From Squalus acanthias (Eukaryota): a stretch of 64,000 bases of DNA. Each line of letters opens with the position of its first letter. Positions within the stretch are counted from its first letter, which is position 1. A model generated the notes under the pieces. It saw only the letters and a list, made by a program, of their open reading frames with translations. It was not told the DNA's origin and did no database searches. A program made the translations under genes and the position numbers. This document shows, in pieces, positions 25,784-37,999 of this stretch. The stretch covers positions 61,630,001-61,694,000 of the forward strand of contig CM059438.1 of NCBI GenBank assembly GCA_030390025.1. Reading direction: 5' to 3'.

Positions 25784-26947
25784 GTAAATTTTACAAGTTG
25801 GGGTCTTGCAACAAATAACCTGGGAATTCAGTTATCCAACAAAAATATGCAGAACTAAATATGTTATTGGGGCGTAATTTTTTTGACCCTTGGAGGGCTG
25901 GTAGCTCCAGTGAATTCCAGGCTTCCTGGACCAGCTTCTTAAATTTTTAGCTCACTCCATGCCACTGATAGGAAATGCGAGTTACTACTAGTGTTACAGT
26001 AGTAAAGCTACTCAGATATCAGGGTAGCTTTACTCCCGTAAGATTTAACTTTGTTCTGCAAAACACTTGGCTTACTTGAGTAGGCTTGTAAGCATGTAAC
26101 TGGTGGGGGAAAAAGGTCACTGCTAAGTTGTTTTGTGATGTCCATGCCACAGCTTGTTATTTACACTGGTTAATCCTCAAACGCCTCACTTTGCAACAGA
26201 GTGACTCTCGAGGCACGCCGTTATATACACACCATGGGAGTAGAGTCGCTACGGTCGGAGGGGTGGTTATGAATATGGGCAGGATCATTTTATATGGAGG
26301 AGAGGTTTACGGAGCACCGTGAATTCAGAGGAAAGAGGGTACGGGAGCTGAGAAAGGAGATTGAAATCACCGAGGATGTCACTCGTTCAGAGGCTGAGGC
26401 TGGATATCTTGGGGTGACCCTTGGGAGCCTGGTAGATGACGAGGATTTTAAAGGAGAGGCGAGAGCAGTGGAACATGGTGAGGTGCTTGAAGCAGCACAA
26501 CCAGTGTCAGAAGTGTGGTTGTGTCATAGATGCGATCAGATTGACTGTTTTAACATAGCAAGTAGAGTTTGTGCAGTGCCAGCAGCCTGATCGTGCCTGG
26601 GCAAGAACTGGGCCAGCACACTTGCACATGTAAACTGATAGTCCAGTGAGTTGATGCAACTTATATGGTGTACCACACTGCAATAAGATGCAGCTATGCC
26701 TGCAGATCCCCACACATTGGGTTCTTTGTCACAGGCAGATGGCAGCCCTCCCCCCACATGCCACCAAAACCAAGGACAGCAAAGGGTCTATTCACATGCC
26801 TTCTCTCTGCGGGTTCATGTGACGTGTACAGAGGCCTAGGAGCAGATTACTGACTAATGGTGCATTGGGGGGGTGGGGGGAGAAGGGAAAAAAATGACTA
26901 TAATCCTGAATCTTTCAGATACACTGTATGAACTCTCTTTCATTTAG

Positions 26948-27021
26948 GGATTGGATGTGGACCTTAAATATTCTGAGGAGCTGTTTGATGAGATTGATGA
27001 CGATGATGACAGTGCTGAACT
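26948..27021 (+). CDS. Unknown micro-exon gene, exon F (GLDVDLKYSEELFDEIDDDDDSAE[L])
   Basis: CTCTCTTTCATTTAG acceptor, GTAAGT donor, phase 0-2, acidic tract. Confidence 0.75.
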
Positions 27022-27463
27022 GTAAGTACTGGAATTTCATGTACGATGTGTAAATGAGTAAGCATAACGCAATAGCATCACTCATCACCCACCGTGAAAG
27101 GACATGTTCAACCACTGAGACATAACAGAACAATACTGCCCAATGCCCTTGCACTGAACTCCTTCAAAGACCACGGGCCAGTCATCTACTTAAAAAATAC
27201 AATTGTTGGCGAGGGGAAAAGAGGAAGCGAGCCATTGCAGAGCACATCACGATATTTGAGAAAGTTTAATAATGAAATGGTAGCTTGTGGGAAGATCCGG
27301 GTTGGTCCCTCCGTTCCTACATTCTGCGAATTTTAGCTAATCCTTTTGCAGTTCTAGCTTTTGGGAGATCATTTTGAGATGAAAAATGAGGTTGTATGCA
27401 CTGACTGAAGTGTTACCATTTTGTAGCTGTACCATTCTCTTAATCAGTTTTGATTCTTTTTAG

Positions 27464-27536
27464 GGAGACGCAAACAATATTGTGCCTACCATTCTTGTGT
27501 AGGAAAAGGAAAAATAAGCATGAGGAGGAGAAGAAG
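27464..27536 (+). CDS. Unknown micro-exon gene, exon G (ETQTILCLPFLCRKRKNKHEEEKK)
   Basis: TTCTTTTTAG acceptor, AAG|GTGAGA donor, phase 2-0, compatible with exon F. Confidence 0.72.
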
Positions 27537-28726
27537 GTGAGATAAAGGCACGAATTTATTTTTGTAAAGTTGCCTTTTGATATATTTTCAACAAATAAAA
27601 CTGCCTTTGGGCTAATGTATGGGCTTCTAGAATTGACCTGATTTCAGGATATGAGGATTGTAGGTCACAGGTGTATAGCACCTGTGCTTTCTGTGTATGA
27701 TGAACTCCTGATCACGAGAGCCCCAGGGGGAGTTGCTGACCAGAGGTGAGGTGCTTGAGGCTGGAGTAGGGTGGGGAAGGAAGGGCAAGTTCTTTGACTA
27801 TGTCCTTGTCTTTGCTCACTGATGAAAGCCTTGGAGCAGGTTTTCTGACCTCCCTCAGCTGGGAATGAGGATGTTCTTTTGGTATTTAATTTGAATGGAA
27901 TGAAATTTATGGAACACACTTTGGATAAGATGGAAAATTGAGATGATTTTGGTTGTTGCCGCAGCATGTCAAATATAAAAACAGTTATAAACACCATGGG
28001 GTGAAAGCATAAACAGAAACGTTATCTGAAATTGCTCTGTCCTACGATAAAATAAGTTTTATTCCATGAACAAAATCTTCAACAGAGCATGTGAATGCAC
28101 ATAGCACTGGCCTTGTACTGACTGGAGATCAGCAACCTTGACGCACCTTTCTGAAGTTGAGTTTAATCTGTGCTGTCAACTGAAACTGCAGCCAGGGTCA
28201 TTCTGTGAATGTAGAACATTTGTCACACTCCTTTACTGTATCTACTTAAACCTCGGATATAGAACTGTGTTGATTTTTGCACATAGATATTTCTTCTTGG
28301 TGACAGATCAGAAAAACAGGTTTATTTTGCTAATATTTAGTGGAGCAAAGTTGATACTAAATGTACAGCAATCCCAGTGCTCTGTATCTGTTCCCTGTAC
28401 ATTGCATTCTCTACCTCTATGCACTTGAGTATGAAAGTTCAGCAACATTATGGACGCAATGAAGGTTTCTTTGCTTTTACCTGTATGCACAGAACAAAAT
28501 TAGGCCTAAGATCATAGTGTACTCTCCAGGTAGTTTTCAGTGATGTGGTCTCTGCTCTAGCCTAACATGTAGCAGGACACGGAAGCTGTTTTTTTCTTTT
28601 TGCTCTTTTGCAGATAATATAGTTCTTATAACAGTAGGATTGTACAAATGTATACAGTTCTTTATTTTAAAATGCACAAACATTTTAAATTTAATTTGTT
28701 TTTGGTCCCTCCTATTTCTGTTATAG

Positions 28727-28758
28727 GCAAATACCTTCAAATGTGTCACTCAGAAAAG
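28727..28758 (+). CDS. Unknown micro-exon gene, exon H (ANTFKCVTQK)
   Basis: Long pyrimidine tract-TAG acceptor, weak AG|GTGATC donor, phase 0-2. Confidence 0.55.
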
Positions 28759-29085
28759 GTGATCAGTACACAATGAAGAGTGAACAGTGACGGGCACTAC
28801 ACTAATGCACTGTAGTGTTAGAATGTCCAATGTCACAAAGAGCCAGTACACCCAAACGTAACTAGTGCCAGCTCCAGCTGCACTGGCTCAGATGAGTCCA
28901 ATTCCAGGCAGTGACTTCACCGGGTGCTAAATGTTGCGTTGGGCATTCTTTAATCCCAGTTTGAATAAGGGTTAGGAATTTCCAGCTACAACAGTGTTAG
29001 TTTACCACATGACCAGTAAAGACTGAAATCTGAGCTTATATACAGTGAATTCAGTGCTTTGATTGCTTTTTTTTTTGTTTTCCAG

Positions 29086-29137
29086 CAGGGCACAAGCTGC
29101 TTTGGGAGATAACTTCCTGCCTGTAGAGATCTGTTAA
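29086..29137 (+). CDS. Unknown micro-exon gene, terminal coding exon (RAQAALGDNFLPVEIC*)
   Basis: T-run-CCAGCAG (NAGNAG) acceptor, phase 2, TAA at 29135-29137, AATAAA at 29250. Confidence 0.62.
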
Positions 29138-29249
29138 GACAGAATTAATTGACCCGTTTTATAATAAGTGGAGTTCCACAAAATCTGTTGTAAATTGTTT
29201 TGCCTGTTGATACGTTTAGCTGCTCTGTTTTGACTTTTAAGCTAACTTG

Positions 29250-29255
29250 AATAAA
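29250..29255 (+). terminator. Polyadenylation signal AATAAA of the micro-exon gene
   Basis: ~110 nt downstream of the stop codon. Confidence 0.55.
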
Positions 29256-30337
29256 GATATTATTTCCAAAATACAGTCTTAGCATTTCCTGACTCCTCCC
29301 AGGGCAAACCAGTTTCTACAACACTACGTTGCTGGCTTTTGGCTCAAACCCCATTTTAAATCGCTGTCACATTGGCTCCTGTATTTGACAGTCTTGCTCA
29401 GGTCTGCTGTAGAGGGAAGGAAATTGCATGTGAAGGCTTACCTTTCACATGTCTCAAGAATGCCTTCTAAGAAGTCAACCATAGTGGCGTTGCTACCATC
29501 CAGGATACTACACGCTAAATGACTCTAGGGAATGGATAGTGCCAATGTTGGGAGGAGAATGGGCTAACAAGAAAAGGCAACTAGCCTATCTTCTGTTTCA
29601 CAACTATCCATTCATCTGACCATACATTGCAGATGATGGTTGCAACTTCATCTTGTACAAGCACTGGGGCTGATGCCTGCAACAATTGCAAATAATGTTC
29701 TTGGATCATGGAAGCATGCAAGCAGTGAATAAACTGGGAACAGATCCCATCAGGAGTATGCATGTTGCCTCTTATACCTTTCATTGCTCGACCTTCCGTG
29801 ACCATTTATGTATTCCACCAAGGAACCTGATCTCAATCCCAATTCCTCTGGCACATCAACGTGTTGGAATTCAGGATAGTGTGGCTGGCACTGCTCTGCT
29901 TGCAGGTCTTGTCTGTCCTGTAGATGGGCAGTGGCACCACATTCTGGCACCTAAGGAAAGGTACAATCTTGTCCTCTGATCTAAAACAGGCCATTGATGG
30001 CTCAGCATTTAGTAGCCTCAGAGACTGTGCTGGCAGTTACCCAGCAGGTACGTCACAGGCAGATACATCCCACAGAGAGGTGGAATTTTGACTGGAGCAG
30101 TACCCAAGTCGCTCTTGAATGAAATTAAGTTGCACCAGGTCTGCTCCAGAATTCGAATCTTAATGTTTAATAGACTATCCTTCCCCAACACAGGAGCTAC
30201 CACGTGATAGCTGCTTTTGAGTCCCTTTCTTGTTCTGTGCTGCTTTTGAAAGAGGACTCGCTTCCACTGAGAGGTAGTGTCATCCCAGTTTCCCTAGTGC
30301 TATGTAGCTGATGGTGGAACTAGTGCTACAACCCTTT

Positions 30338-31487
30338 TAAGAACATAAGAAATAAGAGCAGGAGTAGGCCCTTGATTCCCCGAGAGTCCAAAAATCAATC
30401 TATCTCAGCCTTGAATATACTCAAAGATTCAGCATTCACAGCCCTCTGGGGCAGAGAATTCCAAAGATTCACAACCCTCTGAGTGAAGAAATTCCTCCTC
30501 ATCTCAGTCTTAAATGGCCTACCCCTTATCTTGAGACTATGCCCCCTAGTTCTAGACGCTCCAGCCAGGGGAAACAACCTCTCAGCATCTACCCTGTCAA
30601 TCCCCTTCAGAATCTTGTATGTTTCAATGAGATCACCTCTCATTCTTCTAAACTCCAGAGAGTATAGGCCCATTCTACACAATCTGTCATCAGAGGACAG
30701 CCCTCTCATCCCAGGAATCAATCTAGTGAACCTTTGTTGCACAGCCTCCAAGGCAAGTATATCCATCCTTAGATGAGACCAAAGCTGTGCACAGTACTCC
30801 AGGTGTGGTCTCACCAAGGCCCTGTACAATTGTAGCAAGACTTCCTTACTCTTATACTTCAACCCCCTTGCAATAAAGGCCAACATGCCATTTGCCTTCC
30901 TTATTGCTCGCTGTACCTGCATGCTAGCTTTCTGTGTTTCTTGCACGAGGACACCCAAATCTCTCTAAACACCAACATTTGAAAGTTTCTCACCATTTAA
31001 AAAATATTCTGTTTTTCTATTCTTCCTACCAAAGTGAATAACCTCACATTTCCCTACATTATACTCCATCTGCCACCTTACTGCCCACTCACTTAGTCTA
31101 TCTATATCCCTTTGCAGACTCTGTTCTCCTCACAGCTTACTTTCCCACCTAGCTTTGTATCATCAGCAAACTTGGATACATTACACTCGGTCCCTTCATC
31201 TAGGTCATTAATATAGATTGTAAATAGCTGAGGCCCCAACACTAGTTAAAGCCGGCCAACCTGAAAAAGATCCATTTAGCCCTACTCTCTGTTGTCTGTC
31301 CGTTAACCAATCCTCTATCCATGCTACTATATTACCCCCAACCCCATGAGCCTTAATCTTGTGTAATAACCTTTTATGTGGCACCTTATCGAATGCCTTT
31401 TGGAAATCCAAATATACTACATCCACTGGTTCCCCTTTATCTACCCTGCTAGTTACATCCTCAAAAAACTCTAATAAATTTGTCTTT
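30338..31487 (-). mobile_element. CR1 3' fragment
   Basis: RT ORFs 30395..30958 and 31208..31426, TTCTTATG tail. Confidence 0.9.
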
Positions 31488-32168
31488 CATAAAACCCTTT
31501 TACTGCTACTATGTTGACTGTGTGCTAGGCTACTAACACTTGGAGTAGGGAACACTTATTTCCAAGTGGGTGAGAGGGTAAGGTGAGTAATGAGCATTGT
31601 TCCTAGTTCCATCCAATTAAATCACAAGATTCAAATATTGCTCCTCGCTGTACCACTTAGGGGTACATAAGACTACAGTCCCAAAGAGTATATTCTCCTC
31701 GATTTGATTTATAGTTTTAAAGCTGAAAAAAAAGGGAAAATACAAAAATTTAAAGGCAACAATGTGGGGCTCAGCATTTTTCAAATAATTTCCATTAGTT
31801 GGGGAGCGGGTGGAGGGCAACTGAAGAGTCAGAAAATGAAATGACATACTGACAGATCCACACGTTGGTGTTCACATCACATCGGTCTGACTTTGCCCAT
31901 TGTGTCAGCTTGGCTCAGTTGGTAGCACTCTCACCTTTGCATCAATAGGTTGTGGGATCTAGCCCCACTGTGGACTGGAGTACATAATCTACGCTGACGC
32001 TCCAGTGCAATTTTGAGGGAGTGCTGCATTGTCGGAGAGGCCATCTTTTGGATGAGATGCTGAACCATATTTAGAAAGATGTAAAAGATTCCATGGCGCT
32101 CCTTGAAGAAGAAGTTCTCCCGGTATCCTGGCCAACATTCTTCCTCAACCAGCATCACCAAAACATTA

Positions 32169-33407
32169 ATACGATAGCAAAATACTGCGGATGCTGGAAA
32201 TCCGAAATAACAACAGAAAACGCTGGAAAAACTCAGCAGGCCAGACAACATCTGTGGAGAGAGAAACAGAGTTAACGTTTCAGGTCGAAGACCTTTCGTC
32301 AGAACTGGAGAAAGCAGGAAATGAAATAGATTTAAAGCAAGGATAAAGCTGGGAAAAGGGGGAGAGGATGAAAGAACAAAAGGAGAGATTAAGAGACATT
32401 AAGAGATGATCAAGGCAAGAGGAGGTGTTAATGTGACAGGTTGAGGCTAAAAGAAGTGTGAAATGCACTGGCAGAATGAAGGACAACTGCCAGCTTCGAG
32501 GAGGAAAAGAAAACAAGGGGGGGGCAAACAAAAGGGTGGATGAAAAAATAAAATATAAATGTGATAGGGGCTAGGTTATGATCTAAAATTGTTGAACTCG
32601 ATATTGAGTCCAGAGGGCTGTAGAGTGCCTAAACGAAAGATGAGGTGCTGTTCCTCGAGCTTACGCTGAGCTTCCGTGGAACAGTGTAATAGGCCAAGGA
32701 CGGTGAGGTCAGAGTGGGAGTGGAGCGGAGAATTAAAGTGACAGGCGACCGGAAGTTCGTGATCCCCCTTACGGACTGAACGGAGGTGTTCCGCAAAGCG
32801 GTCACCCAATCTGCGTTTGGTCTCCCCAATGTAGAGGAGACCACATCGTGAGCAGCGAATACAGTATACTAAATTGCAGGAAGTACAAGTGAATCGCTGT
32901 TTCACCTGGAAGGGGTGTTTGGGGCCCTGGACAGTGGGAAGAGGGGAGGTATAAGGGCATGTGTTGCATCTCCTGCGCTTGCACGGGAAGGTGCCGAGCG
33001 AAGGGGAAGGGGTGCTGGGGGTGGTAGAGGAGTGGACTAGGGTGTCGCGGAGGGAGCGGTCCCTGCGGAATGCTGAAAGGGGAAGTGAGGGGCAGATGCG
33101 TTTGGTGGTGGGATCACGCTGGAGGTGGCGGAAATGGCGGAGGATGATCCGTTGAATGTGGAGGCTGGTGGGGTGAAAGGTGAGGACAAGGGGAACTCTA
33201 TCGTGGTTCCGGGAGGGAGGGGCAGGGGTGAGGGCAGAAGTGCGGGAGATAGAACGGACACGGTCGAGGGCCGTGTCGACCACAGTAGAGGGGAATCCTC
33301 GGTTGAGGAAAAAGGAAGACATGTCGGAAGCACTGGTATGGAAGGTGGCATCATCAGAGCAGATGCGGCGGAGACGGAGAAACTGGGAGAATGGAATAGA
33401 GTCCTTA
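32169..33407 (-). mobile_element. Penelope-like retroelement, 5'-truncated (GIY-YIG endonuclease + 3' UTR)
   Basis: CxxxRCNTC, NLVYCIRC..CGLLYIGETKRRL..RF.EH and GLN motifs; TSD CACCAAAACATTA (32156-32168 / 33408-33420). Confidence 0.92.
32270..32306 (-). ncRNA. Minimal type I hammerhead ribozyme motif
   Basis: AGTT-CTGACGA-A-AGGTC(TTC)GACCT-GAAA-CGTT-AACT on - strand. Confidence 0.8.
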
Positions 33408-33999
33408 CACCAAAACATTATCTGCTTCATTTGCTGTTTGTTGGGACCTAGTGTGCAAATTGGCTGCGACATTTGCATACAAAACAGTGACTGCACTTCA
33501 TAGTAGTCAGTTGGTTGTAATCCACTTTGGGATGTCCTACGGTTGTGAAAGCTACTATATAAATGCAAGTTCCTGTCAGTTTACTATTTTCCGCAATCCG
33601 CTCCAAGTGATGGTGCAGGAATATCCTGCACCTGAGCTTCGTGTTCTCCTGAGCAAAATGAGTGAATTTTGAGTTCAGGGAGCTCAACAATTAAACGCAT
33701 TTGAAAATCAAGGACTGAACAGCAATGTGAATCGCTTACCAGTCTCACCAACAATACACATTTTGAACTATTAATTCTCATAACAGTGCTCGAAAGGCTG
33801 AGAATTCACCCACACTAAGCAATCAAATATTTAAGTGTAACGTTTAGCTGTACCTGATCTATGAGGGCAGTTTACAGTGCTGAAATTAATCCTAAATGAA
33901 CGTTTCAGTTGTTGTCATCCTGTTAAAATACATAAATGTTACTGGGGAGTAGAAATGTGAAACTGTTCAATCTGAGTAATGGACTTTGGTAGCAAATGG

Positions 34000-35940
34000 A
34001 AATGGAGATTTAAGGGTGTGTGAGGGCATATAAGTACAGAGGAGGTTGCAGAGATAGGGTGGGTGAGACTATGAAGAGATTTGAAGAAAAAGGATTTAAA
34101 ATTTACTATGTTGAGGGAGCATGTAGGTCACTGGATGAGTGATGGGCAATCAGGACTTACTACGGGTCAGGATATGGATGGCTAAATTTTGGACAAGCTG
34201 GAATTCATGGAGGATGGGAGGCCAGCAAGGAGAACATTGCAGAGCTTGAGTCTGGAGGTGATAAAAGTGTGGTTTCAACAGTGGCTGAGCTAGGAGTGGA
34301 GGAGGGCATTGCCGCAGAGTTGAGTAGGATGTGGAGGGGAGAGGGGTTTGAAACGGCTCTGGGTTGAACGGGATGCCAAGGTTTTGCATGGTCTGGTTCA
34401 GCCTAAGCAAGTGATCAGGAAGGAAGATGTAGACTGGTAAAGGAATGGAGTGTGGGCCAAAAAGAATTGAGGAAAGTTGGAGTGAATTTTGACTCATCTT
34501 AAACTTAATATCAGAGATGCAGTCTGATAGCGTAGGGTCAAAGGAAATAGTGGAGAAGTAGAGCTGGGTATCATCAACGTATATATGGAGGCTGACTCCA
34601 TGCCTGTGGATGATGTCACTGAGGGGCAGCATGTAAATGAGGATGAAGAAGAGCCAAGGACAGATCCCTGGGGGACTCCAGAGGTGACGGTGCAGGAATA
34701 GGAAGAGAAGCCATTTCTAGAGATGGGCTGGTTGCATTTTGATAGGTAGTAGAAAAACTGTATGAGGGCAGTCCCCTGGAGCCAGATAATAGGAGAGGTG
34801 GTGGAAATGGATGGCATAGTGGACCATATTAGGAACATAGGGACAGGAGTAGACCACTCAGCCCCTCGAACCTGCTCCGTATTTCACTCAGATCATGGCT
34901 GATCTGTACCTCAATTCCATTTAGCCACCTTAGCTCCATTTCCCTTGATACCCTTGCCGAACAAAAATCTATCGATCACAATCATGAAAGCTCCAATTGT
35001 CCCAGAATCCACAGCCTTTTGGGGAGAGAATTCCAGATTTCTACTACCCTTTGGGTGAAAAAGTGCTTCCTGATTTCCCTCCTAAATGGCCTAGCTCTAA
35101 TTTTATAGTTTACCCTCATTCTTGATTCTCCTATCAAAGGAAATAGATTCCGTCATCAGAGGAATGCTGTGGAGAGGTCAAGGAGTGGTAATGTACCAGC
35201 CACAGAAGATGTTATTTGTGACTTTGACCAGAGCTGTCTCAGTGCTATGTGAGAAGGACAGAAGCCTAGCTGTAGGGACTAGAACAGGAGGTTCTGGCAG
35301 AGATGGGCAGAAAGGTGGGTGACTAAGTCACGTTCAAGCACCTTAAGAGAGGTTGGAGACAAATGGGTTGAGGGTAGGCTTTCTTTTGGAGGGAGCTGTT
35401 GGCTGCTTTGAAAGGCAGAGGGACAGTGTCTGAACAAAAGAACTATTTATGTCAGCAGGGATAGGGTGGTTGAGTAGTCAGGAGATCAAGGCAGCAGAAG
35501 AAGGATATCATGGGAGGGCATGTGGGAAAGAAACTGCAGAGTGACGAAGATTGGAGGTAGGAGAGGTCGGAGACTGGGGGAGTTAAGGGGCAGCTGGAGA
35601 GAAAGCAGCAGAAACAATTGCATGGATCAAACAGATACATCCATCAGCTCTTTGCACTTGGTATTGGAGGTGAGGGTGGATGGGATAGGGGGGAAAGAAG
35701 TTTGAGGAGGTGATTTATCATGGCGAAAAGGAGCTGTGGGTTGTCATTTTCCTCTCGGATCATCCTAGGGAACTGAAGCTTTTACAGAAAGACATGGTAT
35801 TGCTTAACATGGTCAAGCCGGATCAAGCAATGATTGGCTGAACCAGTCATGCAACAGCTGATGCTTGAGTTTGCAGCCATCAGACTTAAGACAGCAAAGG
35901 TGGGGACTGTACGAGGGGAGTGAGGAGTGGAAATGGTGAG
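34000..35940 (-). mobile_element. Old L2 LINE remnants with a CR1 3' fragment inserted (~34830..35150)
   Basis: GVPQGSVLG and HIYVDDTQLYFS motifs; CR1 3' UTR inside. Confidence 0.7.
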
Positions 35941-35953
35941 TGATTTAGTCAGG

Positions 35954-36175
35954 TCATAGAATCATAAAATGATACAGCACAAAAGGAGTCCATTCGGTCC
36001 ATCGTGCCTGAGCAGGATCTTTGGTAGAGCTATCCAATTAATCCCACTCCCCTTCTCTTTTCCCATAGCCCTGCACATCTTTCCCTTCAAATATTTATAC
36101 AATTCTCTTTTTAATGTTACTATTGAATCTGCTTCCACCACCCTTTTAGGCAGTGCATTCCAGATCACAACAACC
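35954..36175 (-). mobile_element. CR1 3' end fragment
   Basis: WNALP..VVEA motif and ATTCTATG-type tail. Confidence 0.8.
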
Positions 36176-36399
36176 GTATGCTGTTCCCAGTACTGACCAC
36201 TGGGTTTCCTCACTCACTGATCCCTGTACTAACCCCCTCACTGGGGTGGCCCCAGTGCCTCAGTGAGACAATACACTGGTGCCACTATGGATGCAGCGGA
36301 AAATGCTTAGGAAAGAGCCGTAAAATGCTTAGGAAAGAGAAGGAAAATCTGGGGCACTTGAACCTGGAGCAGAGGTGGAAGAAATTGCACCAATGACTA

Positions 36400-37112
36400 A
36401 ATGATCCAGCAAGGGGAAGCCCCAACACCCCAATGAGTAATATCCTGGTGAAGAGATGGCACAGTGAGGAGTGCACAATTCCCTAGTGAGGGAATACCTC
36501 AATGTCCTAGTGAGAGGGTACAAATAAAAGATTGTTCTGGCAGCCCAGTAAGTGGGTAATGCCCTGGTGAGAAAACACCCTGGTGAGATGGTACCCCAAT
36601 GAGAGGGTTTAGATGCTCTCATCCGGGAATGTTTCAATGTCCTGGTGAGAGATACCTTGGTGAGCTGGTGCCTCAATTCCTTGGTGAAGTGAAGCCCTCA
36701 TCGTCAGATGGTGTCCTGGTGGCCCAATGAGTTGATGCGCCAATGTGCGCTGATGCCCTGTTAAGCATCTGGTGCCCTGATTCCATGGTAAGTGGATATA
36801 CCCAAGTGAAGATGTCCTGGTAAGAGGTTGACCAGGTGCCCTAGTGAGAAGATGCCCTTGTGAAATGATCCCCTGTTGAAGTGATGTTCTGGTGAGATGG
36901 TTCTCTGTTGAGAATGCACTGGTGAGGGGTTGCCCTCGTGACCCAGTGAGATAATGCACTGTTAAAGGGTTGCCCTACTGCCTCAGTGAGGCAATAACAC
37001 TGGCGAGAGGTTGTCCGAGTGCCCCAGTGAGGCAATGCACTGTGAAGGGGTTGTCCGAGTGCCCCAGTGAGGCAATGCACTGTGAAGGGGTTGCCCGAGT
37101 GCCCCAGTGAGG
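36400..37112. repeat. 40-bp minisatellite decaying leftward
   Basis: GAGTGCCCCAGTGAGGCAATGCACTGTGAAGGGGTTGTCC, near-perfect 37017-37112, progressively diverged upstream. Confidence 0.75.
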
Positions 37113-37149
37113 TGATCCCCTGATGCCCTCTGTCTCTTTAAGTGGAGGG

Positions 37150-37295
37150 AAGAACTCCCACAATGAAGAAGGCGAACTCGAGCGTGCTCAGGAACGCGTC
37201 CTGTGTCGCTAAGCAACGGCGTCTGGAGCAGCTGTACACAGGCGCGGCTCCCCGAGAGTGGCTGCGGCTCCGGGTCACGGACACAGCTCTCCCAG
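37150..37295 (+). promoter_or_regulatory. CpG-rich putative promoter and non-coding first exon with RFX X-box-like motif
   Basis: GTCGCTAAGCAAC at 37205-37217, local CpG enrichment, CAG|GTAAAC donor at 37295/37296. Confidence 0.55.
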
Positions 37296-37501
37296 GTAAA
37301 CCCATTTCATTCATTCAGTCGGTTGGTTGGTTGTGCAGTAGGTTTTATTTAATAAACAAACACTGAGTTACTTGTCTTCCCTCACAAGCTGCTCCCTGTA
37401 TTTTCAATGTGCCTTTTCCCCTCTGGAGATTGTGAGCTTTCTGTTACAATTAAACACTGGGAGCTAATATTCGTTAGAAACAGCCTTTCTGTCACACCCA
37501 C

Positions 37502-37905
37502 AGAAAGAAAGACTTGCATTTATATAGCGCCTTCCACCACCTTCGGACGTCCCAAAGCGCTTTACAGCCAATGAACTACTTTTGAAGTGTAGTCACTGTT
37601 GTACCTGCAGCATTCGCGTACAGCAAGCTCCCACGAACAGCAATGTGATAATGACCAGATAATCTGTTTTAGTGATGTTGGTTGAGGGATAAGTATTGGC
37701 CAGGACACTGGGGAGCACTCCCCTGTTCTTCTTCGAAATAGTGCCATGGGATCTTTAACGTCCACCTGAGAGAGCAGACGGGGCCTCGGTTTAACGTCTC
37801 ATCCGAAAGGCGGCACTTCGGACAGTGCAGCACTCCCTCAGCACTGCACTGGAGTGTCAGCCTAGAATTTTGTGTTCTAGTCTTTGGAGTGGGACTTGAA
37901 CCCAC

Positions 37906-37942
<37 letters not shown>

Positions 37943-37956
37943 ACCACAGCTGACAC
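37502..37956 (-). mobile_element. Full-length tRNA-derived SINE (DeuSINE/SacSINE1-like)
   Basis: A box TGGTTCAGTGG, B box GGTTCAAGTCC, L2-like tail GGCGCTATATAAATGCAAG(TCTT)n. Confidence 0.85.
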
Positions 37957-37999
37957 TTGTCTCAGCCTATTAAAGTTAGCCTTACCAAAATCTAAAATC

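Larger units (their letters stand above)
31902..33571 (+). mobile_element. tRNA-derived SINE split by a Penelope-like insertion (31902..32168 + 33408..33571)
   Basis: A-box TGGCTCAGTTGG head; body and tail resume after a 13-bp TSD. Confidence 0.8.

Noticed and set aside
32576..33568. 330-aa standalone GIY-YIG gene
   Set aside because: The N-terminal ~54 aa are antisense SINE sequence beyond the TSD; the rest is a truncated Penelope ORF
37885..37956. tRNA gene
   Set aside because: tRNA-like A/B boxes are the head of a SINE repeated several times in the window
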